DNA from: Eledone cirrhosa
Lineage: Eukaryota
Length of the DNA: 64,000 bases
Direction of reading: 5' to 3'
NCBI GenBank assembly: GCA_964016885.1
Contig: OZ024742.1
Location: forward strand, 17,422,001-17,486,000
How positions within the stretch are numbered: the first letter of the stretch is position 1; each line of letters starts with the position of its first letter. The position numbers and the translations under genes are program-made. Under the pieces are notes generated by a model. That model was not told the DNA's origin. It saw nothing but the letters and a program-made list of their open reading frames with translations, and searched no databases. Positions 54,911 to 64,000 of this stretch are shown piece by piece.

Positions 54911-56940
54911 AAGAAAACGAAAAATCAGTGATGCATCTGGACTTAGTTTATTTCGTGTTACAAATGTTTTGCCGGCATGTAGCTCGAGTCATGGTCCTTT
55001 TATGGGTATGGCTGATTCTACTTCTGCGGGTTCTTTCAGACACGGCTGCTATGTCCGGAGCAAATTTTAACACTGGGGTGTTGTCATCAAAACAACCCCT
55101 CAAAAAACCTTCTTTCCACTCTTGTCATGCCATTGGCTGTTTTTACTCCACGTCATCACAAGTTCTGGTCAGTATCTGCTGCCACACGGTTCATCAACTT
55201 TTCTTTTTCTTTTGTGTGTATATATCTATATATATATACCTGTCTCATGGTCGGGTCGTTGGCGACTAAACTAGCAACCCCACTAAGGTTTCTTGATGAG
55301 AGGGTGTCTTTGGACATCCTGCAGGACTAAAAACAAAACCTGTCAAAAGGCAAAGGAGCTCTTAAGAGTCAATGGCCATCCAAAATCACCGGGAGAGATG
55401 ACCCCTTAGCCTTTGTCAAGGCAGAATTCTAGGAGAAGGAAAACTCTGATATAACACCTGCAACTCTGATGGTATCCAATGATGTTGACTTGTTCTTCTT
55501 TTTGGTAAATATCATCTTGGTTAAGATAGTGGGACTGCCTTTGTGCAGTGCCTTTGCTCACTATAAAAGCTTCACGGCACAGGCATTACTTTATATCTGG
55601 AGATCTCTCTGCACTTGTCGTCACATGGTACCATGGGCCCAGCACTATGTGTCAATAATTGTCACAAGTGTAGTGTTTGAACCAGAGTTTTCAAGTCGCT
55701 GGCTGGACTAAAAAGTCACACTCGTTCAGCGCATCAATAGGAGTTCTCCTACATGGATATAAAATAGTGGCCGTACTCGAAAACGAGTTGGCAGCCACCA
55801 TATATACTTATATAAAAAAATATATATGTATATGTGTGTTGGTACGTGTGTAGGCAATGTTTATGTACGTATGTGTTCGTATGTGTGTGTGGACATGTGT
55901 GAGTTTACGCTTGTGTATATATGTGTGTGTATGTATGTGTGTGTGTATATATATGTATATATATATACATATAGTTATGTAATGAACAACAAAGGATAGT
56001 TGTTTCATTTACCAGTGGTTTCTTGAAAGCAAACGATATTTAATTTCATTCATCAGAATGAAAAAATCCTAGGTGTTATATGTATATGTGTGTATGCACA
56101 TGTGCGTATATATGTATGTAAGTGAATGTATGTGTGTATGTATATATGCGTGTGTATGAGCGTGTGTATATATATATAGAGAGAGAGAGATAGATATATT
56201 TAAATGTATAGAAGGCTGGCCGTATGTGAGCGTGCGCGCATGTGTATGTATATATGTGTACGTTTGAATAGGACATGCTTACCCAATTGATACAGAACAG
56301 TCAGAAGGCTCGTGGCGGCATGTATCAACAAGTGTGTGTGACTGGGTCTATGGGGGAGAGGGAGAGAGGGTGTGTGAGTATATATACTGTGATGTATGTA
56401 TGTGGCGGTGTGGGTGTCTGAGCATGTAGACGTACGAGTGTGAATGCATAGATAGGTGTATGTCTGTGTGTGTTATTATGTGTTTATTCTAGTATGTGTG
56501 GGTGCTTACCCTGAAGTGTGAGCAGACGTGTGAAGTACTGAACCCAGGATGACTCCATTGATATGTGTCGGACGGAAAATGGTTGATGAACCGTGTGGCA
56601 GCAGATACTGACCAGAACTTGTGATGACGTGGAGTAGAAACAGCCAATGGCATGACAAGAGTGGAAAGAAGGTTTTTTGAGGGGTTGTTTTGATGTGAAC
56701 ACTGCAGTGATAAAATTTGCTCTGGACATAACAGCCGTATCTGAAAGAACTCGCAAAAGTAGAATCAGCCAGATCCATACAAGGACCATGACTCGAGCTA
56801 CATACAGGCGAAACAATTGTAACACGAAATAAACTAAGTCCAGATGCATCACTGATTTTTCGTTTTCTTCATAATATATACACTCTACTCTGATGAATAT
56901 AGAGTGCTAATATTGGCATACTGCCTACCCAATATACACA
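54911..56940 (+). mobile_element. non-coding fold-back element with 288-bp inverted arms
   Basis: Arms 54911-55198 and 56582-56869; microsatellite-rich interior; degenerate hammerhead-like core in the arms. Confidence 0.8.
55238..55801 (+). mobile_element. RTE-tailed non-autonomous element (copy D) nested in the fold-back element
   Basis: Reverse complement of 46353-46917. Confidence 0.8.
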
Positions 56941-56974
56941 AATATATATATATATATACATATAAAGGTTTACA

Positions 56975-57006
<32 letters not shown>

Positions 57007-57045
57007 CGTGTTTTGCAACGGGTGATTCTATAGACATGTTTTATG

Positions 57046-57157
<112 letters not shown>

Positions 57158-57736
57158 GTGTGTGCGCGTATATATATATATATAATTATATATATACATA
57201 TAATCTTTTTCTAACAATAATTATATATAATTACAGTATTGGAAAATGTCAATATTTGACACTACAGAGATAAGTATATATACATATATGTATGTATATA
57301 CGTACATATATGTGTGTGTGCATGCGTGTGTTTGTGTGCGTATGTCTCTGTGTGTGTGCGTGTATGTTCGTGATTGTGTGCGTATACCTGTTATATTGTG
57401 AGTTATATTGAAAACACGACTGTGCTCAAGTTTGATCAGTTTTATTAAGGATATAAACCAATAATCAACAAACCGATAGTGCATATGTGAAATCAATTAT
57501 AACTCCTGCCTTGTTTCTACCACGAAATCATTATAACTACTCGTCTGATGAGCCTTCTGGCTTGAGACTGATTTTAGGATAGACTATTTCTCTAATATAA
57601 CCACCAAAAGAAAATAAGGGTTCACAAAACACCCTTGATAAAAATGATCAAACTAGATCGCAAATTCTGGAGATATGATCAATATTGAACCTTGAAACCC
57701 GAGGTAACGCTTTTGTTTTGTGTATGAATATAAATA

Positions 57737-58125
57737 TAATTGTTTCTACTTTTGATACCAGGCCAGCAATTATCCCAGTGTATTACTGGTATTTTATTTT
57801 ATTGACACCCGTAAGGATGAAAGGCATAGTTAGTCTCGGCGGGATTTGAACTCAGACCATAAAGGGCCATATTTCTTTGCTGAAAAGCATGGTGTCCGAA
57901 CCTCTACTGACACTGCCAATCCACCGCCTGTATGAATATAAATATAATTGTTTCTACTTTTGGCACAAGGCCAGCAATTACCCAGTACTGGTATTTTATT
58001 TTATCGACCCCGTAAGGATGAAAGGCAAAGTTGACCTCGGCGGGATTTGAACTCAGAATGCAAAGGGCCGTAACTCTATGTCTCAAAGTATGACGTCTGA
58101 CCTTCTACCTATACTGCCAATCCAC
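57737..58125 (-). mobile_element. two tandem SINE family A copies
   Basis: 57737-57928 and 57945-58125; duplicated TGTATGAATATAAATATAATTG. Confidence 0.9.
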
Positions 58126-58304
58126 AATATGATATATTATATATCAGCTTCTCTTCATGACAGCACTTTTTTCGTTTTTCCTTTTCACTACGGATATTGA
58201 TATATCAACAGTCAAATCGATTTTTGTCAAATCGGACTGAGGAAACAATATTTCCGTTCGTCTTTCCAATACTATCTATCGATCGCAACTCCACGTAGAA
58301 GGGG

Positions 58305-58400
58305 CTATGTGAAATAAAGTGTCTTGCTCAAGGACATAACGCATCACCCAGTCCACGAATCGAACTCACAACCTCACCAGTGCGAATCCAATTTTCCTAC
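58305..58400 (-). mobile_element. SINE family B head
   Basis: GTGAAATAAAGTGTCTTGCTCAAGG...GAATCGAACTCACAACC. Confidence 0.7.
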
Positions 58401-59216
58401 CACTCAGCCACGAGCCTTCATTAATTGATATATATATAGAGTGAGATAGATAGATAGATAGATATATAGATATGTGTGGGTTCCAACAGTAAACGAAAAC
58501 AATGAAGCAAACAACACAGAACAATGAAGAAATATATTAGTTGAACGGATGATGTAGGAGAAAAAGCACGTGTATTTCAGTCAGCCGCCATATATACGTA
58601 TGTATATATAGAGAGAAAGAGATGGATTCATGCTTATACATACAAACACATCCACACAAACAGACACTCATATACTAACACACATACATATATGTATTTA
58701 TATGTGTTACATATATACATACATACACACACACGCATACACGCATACATTACACACACACACATACACATACATACATACACACAGGCATACATTACAC
58801 ACACACACACACACACACACATACACATACATACATACACACATACACACATACATACATTTCTTCTGAGAATACGACGACTCTAATGAGCCACAGTAGC
58901 AATACTTTACTTTTACAGTGAGACAGTTGAAAATCTCAAATTACAGAAACTCTTAAGTGTTAAACGTTTGTTATTTTATTCCTATTTTTACAGCAGAGAA
59001 TGTTACTCAAGACAAATTGTTCTATAAATCTCATAGAAATAAAACAACACAAAAATGGTAGGAATTTATAATAACCAATATGTTCTTTAAATATTCGTGT
59101 CGAAGTAAGAACGAATGTGAAATTATGTCAAACGTAATTAGAATGGAGAAGCAATTTACCTGTAATCGAAGATTGATATTAACATAGTTAATATATATAT
59201 AGTTTATATATATAAT

Positions 59217-59289
<73 letters not shown>

Positions 59290-59437
59290 CGTAGTTTAGA
59301 AAGCCACAACAATGCAGAGGGAAATCTCGAGGTAGGGAGTGAATGATAGATAGGAGAAATAGGAGAAAGTGAAAATTGAGAGAGACAAAGATGAAAACAA
59401 AACAAAGGTAGAAGGGTTACCGTAGTGGAGATTTAAT

Positions 59438-59472
59438 CCCAATATTTCGGGCTCACGCCCATCAACGGGGGA
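59438..59472 (-). ncRNA. degenerate minimal hammerhead
   Basis: CCC-CCGTTGA-t-GGGC GTGA GCCC-GAAATATT-GGG; two mismatches in the catalytic core. Confidence 0.5.
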
Positions 59473-60086
59473 AAGTTCCAAAAGGGGGGGAAACAGGCTA
59501 AGCGGAGAAAGTTGTGATGTCGTTAAAACAGGAATGCCGTTATGGGGAGAAAATTATTTAAAATTTAAATGAGGGAAAGAATGCGCGTGCGCGTGATAGG
59601 CTGTGGCAAAAGCTACTGACCAAATGGGTTAAATCAAGAGGGTGCGCTAGCGTGTGAAAGCCGTAAAATATGTGTGTGTAAATATATATGTGTGTGTAAC
59701 TGTGTGTGTATATGTGTAAGTGTGTATATGTGTGAGTGTGTGTGTGTGTGAAAGATAGTGGGCTGTAGAAGCTGGAAATCAAAGGGTGTGAAAGGTGGTA
59801 GGTTGTAAAACATGTGTGCGTGTATAAATATAGATGTGTGTGTGTAAGCGTATGGGTATACATGTGTGTGTAACTGTGTGTAACTGTGTGTATATGTGTG
59901 AGTGCGTGTGTGTGTGAAAGATAGTGGGCTGTAGAAGCTGGAAATCAAAGGGTGTGACAGGTGGTAGGTTGTAAAAACATGCGTGCGTGTATAAATATAG
60001 ATGTGTGTGTGTGTGCGTATGGGTATGCATATACGTGCGTGTGTGTGAAAATAGCAGGCCGTACGGGCTGTGAATGGTCACTATGG

Positions 60087-60949
60087 TTAAGTTAGCCATG
60101 TCAGCTCATTTCTCTCAGCCCGGTTGTTAAGTGGGGGTCTGAGGTTCTTAATAACAAGTGCTTCCTTTATCCTTAAGGATCCGATGCTGCGTTCAGTCGC
60201 TAGGACTGTGACCAAGGGTCTACCCTGTGGGTTTCCGCATTTAAGGATGTGTTTACGGAAGGAAGATGCGTTGGTGTTGATATGTTCCTTGATACGAACA
60301 TGTAGGGGTCGGATGGTGCTACCTATGTAAAACTTGTTACATTTATCGCATTGAATCTTATATACGACATAGGTGCGTAGGCAATCTGCCCCCCGTATCG
60401 GGCAATTGCTGAGGGAACACGTCCCATCTGACTCGTCGGGTTTGTTGAAGAGGCATCTTCGCAGCGAAGGTCCTGTGTGGGCCAAATGTATGTCAAGTCC
60501 CTCCGTCCGTATGGCCCTGCGGATGGCGTTCGTGGTATATTCACTCAGGTGGGGGATTTTAAAGAAGCACCTGCTTTTATTTAAGTTTCTAGTGGGTGTC
60601 TGTCTATTGGGTCTGGGGTCTCTAATTCCGTTAATCAGTCGCTTGGGATAACCATTAGACCTGAGTAGATTACGGAATTGCGTGGTATGGGTGAGACCAC
60701 CCATTGGGTCGCTGCATCTGTTAGTGATCCGTGTCAGTTCATTTAGGACATAGCCTCTCTTAGCGTTGTTGGGGAGGGCTGAGTTGTAATGCACAAATAA
60801 GTCCTTGCACGCTGCTTTGCGGTAGAAGGTGGTGTTTATGTCTCCTTCTTCCGAGATGTTGATACGGAAGTCGAGGAGGGCAAGTGACCCGTCTTCTCCT
60901 GGGTGTTCGATGGTGAAATCGACGTGATCGTCAGTATCGTTGAAGATTT
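60087..60949 (-). pseudogene. PLE RT C-terminus plus GIY-YIG
   Basis: DFTIEHP..LALLDF..FYRK..HYNSALP..RCS..NGYP; CSLSNCP; VVYKIQCDKCNKFYIGSTIRPLHVRIKEH; IKEAL..LN. Confidence 0.9.
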
Positions 60950-61269
60950 GGTGGGATTAAATCTCCACTACGGTAACCCTTCTACCTTTGTTTTGTTTTC
61001 ATCTTTGTCTCTCTCAATTTTCACTTTCTCCTATTTCTCCTATCTATCATTCACTTCCTACCTCGAGATTTCCCTCTGTATTGTTGTGGCTTTCTAAACT
61101 ACGTATTTTACACATTTCACAATGCTTCAAGCAAACTTTAACACCCTCTTATATATATATATATATTATCATAGAATTGAAAGTATTTTATATAAGATTA
61201 TATAAGGATGAAGACTTAGTTATTCTTTTTATTTTATCTATTTGTTGATTGAATAATTATATGTATTTA

Positions 61270-61337
61270 CGAGGTTTGTCCCCAAAAGTAAGAGTACTGG
61301 TTTTCCTATGTAGGACACGGTAATGCAGCACCTCGCT
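61270..61337. mobile_element. possible mariner-type mini remnant
   Basis: TA-CGAGGTTTGTCCCCAAAAGTAA resembles a mariner terminal repeat; ACCTCG at the other end. Confidence 0.3.
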
Positions 61338-61365
61338 ATATATATATACATATATATATATATAT

Positions 61366-61444
<79 letters not shown>

Positions 61445-61448
<4 letters not shown>

Positions 61449-61912
61449 TAAAAGGAAAAGAAAATGGTGACAAATTGTTCCCAGTGAATAATACTTTAAT
61501 TAGGAATAAGTATAAATTAGTAATAAGTATCGGTTAGTATTCAGTTTTAGTTTTAAGTTTTTACCGGTTGCGCATTTCTAATGCTTTTCAAAAATAATTT
61601 TGAGATAGAGCGCTCGTGATGTTTGCTCTAATCTGATCAGTTTTGGAAATTCTTCCTGTTTTATGTGAAAAAAGTGGCTCCAGGGGTATTAAGATTTGGT
61701 TGGTTGTTGAATGTCACGTCAATGAGTACTATAAATTTCGCACCAATTCGTGTTGCAGAAATTCTTGTAGTCAAAACAATTTTAATTGGTCGGTAGAGGT
61801 CACGTGAATGTTAAAAATTGATTTTGCGCCAAATGAAGGTTTGTCGAAGAGTGTCCTTTTTCGCCTGATTGAGAAGTCACTGAAAAATAAGTCTTTTAAG
61901 ACAAATATGTCG

Positions 61913-61992
<80 letters not shown>

Positions 61993-62088
61993 TAAAGAGG
62001 TTCATTGTTGTGATAATGGTCAGTAGGGATGTGTGTGTGAAATGCAGTCATGTTGAAAGGTCAACAGTTCAGGTGTCTATTAAGACAA

Positions 62089-62152
<64 letters not shown>

Positions 62153-62520
62153 CAGAGTGGTTCGTGGTAGCAGAGTGGTTCGTGGTAGAGGGAATAAATT
62201 CGGTCAGTAGGAATGTGTGTGTACGTGTGTGGGGGATATTTTAACATGTTGAAAGATATTTTTCAGCTCTTGTCTTATAAGGAAAAGTGTGTGTGTGTGT
62301 GTGTGTGTGCGTGTGTGTGTATGTCTGTTTGTATGTTAGTGTACGCGTGTGTATGTTTGTGTGTGTGTATATGTGTGTATGTGTGTGTGTGTGGATGGAC
62401 CAGTATTTTTGTGATACTGGCAAAAATGGTGTACATTATTCGATATTTTCTGTAATTTGCAAAAACGATTCTCTCAAAAGAACATCAAAAACATTAATAA
62501 TAAAAGGGGTGAAACGATGT
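61445..62520 (-). mobile_element. 3' non-coding part of a PLE related to 10921-12890
   Basis: Shares TTTTACCGGTTGCGCATTTCTAA..TAATTTTGAGATAGAG and ATCGAATAATGTACACCATTTT..AAAATACTGGTCCA with 12020-12853. Confidence 0.85.
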
Positions 62521-62618
62521 ATTGTCATAAGACCAGGGTGTGTGAGTGACTGCATATATATATATTATATATATTATAGTAATATTAATGAGAGTAAATA
62601 TATATATATATATATATA

Positions 62619-62715
62619 CAGTGTCCAAAAAAATGTATACACACTTTGCTTACCTGTTCGGGCAATATTTATTAGAATGCACAGCCTTTGTTTATACATT
62701 TTTGGGGGAATCCTG
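62619..62715. mobile_element. Tc1/mariner-type MITE
   Basis: Imperfect TIRs CAGTGTCCAAAAAAATGTATACACA / TGTTTATACATTTTTGGGGGAATCCTG with TA flanks. Confidence 0.6.
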
Positions 62716-63147
62716 TATATATGATAAGAAGAGTTGAAATTAATGCATGCAAGATTTCACAGCTCTAGCATCACGCCTTCATATTCAGCCTAGCTCACCC
62801 TCGTATATGTGGATACCGAAAGTAGTTTTGAAAGTTAAACAATTGAAGTAAAATTTCAATGAAACATACTTACAAGAACTGGAAGATTCCTTCTCAGATA
62901 AATACTTAAATCCTGGCAAGATTGACTAACAGAACTCCGTTTAAAGTGAAGTGTATGTTGTTGGTCTCGCTTGAGTGATCCAGCCGGATTAATTAGAGAT
63001 GGATGCTACTGCCAAGCTCGCTGGAAGGTGTTACTTTCTCCTGAACAGATATATATTTGACGAACCAGGTTCAAATTTTACTACAATTAGTTCAACAACA
63101 AATGTTTCATTTATTTTTTTACCTTTTGTTTTGTTTTTTTTCCTTTA

Positions 63148-63212
63148 ATAATTGTTTCTACTTGGGGCACAAGGCCAGCAATTACCCAGTGCATTACTGG
63201 TACTTTATTTTA
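63148..63212 (-). mobile_element. SINE family A, 3' fragment
   Basis: AATTGTTTCTAC..GGCACAAGGCCAGCAATTACCCAG. Confidence 0.8.
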
Positions 63213-63877
63213 TTTATTTTTTTCCTTTAATAATGTGTTTCATTTTTATTAGATACTGCTCAATTATTTCGATGTAATTATTATTATTATTATATGTATA
63301 TATATATATACATATTCAATACATTAACAGAGAAAGCCTTAAGCTATACTCTGACTGGCTTCCATCTCACTCAACAAACATTAGGATATACCTTAGTATA
63401 ATCTGAATTTTACGTTTGGCGTGCTAACAATATGTATTTTGCGGAAGACCAGTAGTATTATTTTATATGAGACATAATTAAAATATATCTCCTTTTCCAA
63501 ACAATTGTTTCATTATAAGTTTTCTACAAGTTGGAAAAATGTGTCCGGGTTATGTAGAAGCCTTGACAACATTCCGTAAGAATATATGCAGGTGGGCACT
63601 TATAAATCATCAGTGGATGCCCGTCAAACATCGATATAAAAAAAATTTTCTTACCGATGTTTTAATTCCATGTCAGCGGTTGTCTCTCTCCGTATCAGAA
63701 TGACCGCCAAATTTGAAATTCCAGCAGTCTCAGAATGAGGAGTCTCACACTGTCTTCAAGCGGAAAGGGGAGGTAATCGCGAAACACAAGGATTTAAAAT
63801 GATATACACGTGGGTCAATTAATTTTTTCAACAATTTTAACCTTGCGTGTGGAGAACTCAATTAGATTTTTAAATGT

Positions 63878-64000
<123 letters not shown>

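Larger units (their letters stand above)
59283..61150 (-). mobile_element. 5'-truncated Penelope-like element with terminal inverted copy
   Basis: Arms 59283-59441 and 60952-61110; RT-thumb/GIY-YIG ORF; roughly 165-bp tandem repeats in the 3' UTR (59630-60050). Confidence 0.88.

Noticed and set aside
63700-63770. Mariner transposase N-terminus-like peptide (MTAKFEIPA...LQAE)
   Set aside because: Too short and frameshifted to support without a search.

Overview
Repeat-saturated eukaryotic DNA with no recognisable host exon. The SINE families and dense (TA)n/(CA)n/(CATA)n tracts look like a cephalopod (Octopus-like) genome, which is an inference. Contents: a near-intact Ty3/Gypsy LTR retrotransposon on the minus strand (5161-10622) nested in a tRNA-derived SINE, which is itself inserted beside a hammerhead ribozyme motif; decayed Tx1/L1-type, RTE and two R4/Dong-type LINEs; four Penelope-like element (PLE) coding remnants; about 20 SINE copies; RTE-tailed non-autonomous elements; and several satellites. 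The most notable pattern is seven fold-back (inverted-repeat) elements sitting in (TA)n tracts. Most carry type I hammerhead motifs, and in several the inversion junction lies at or within the ribozyme. All structures were read by eye and no searches were run.
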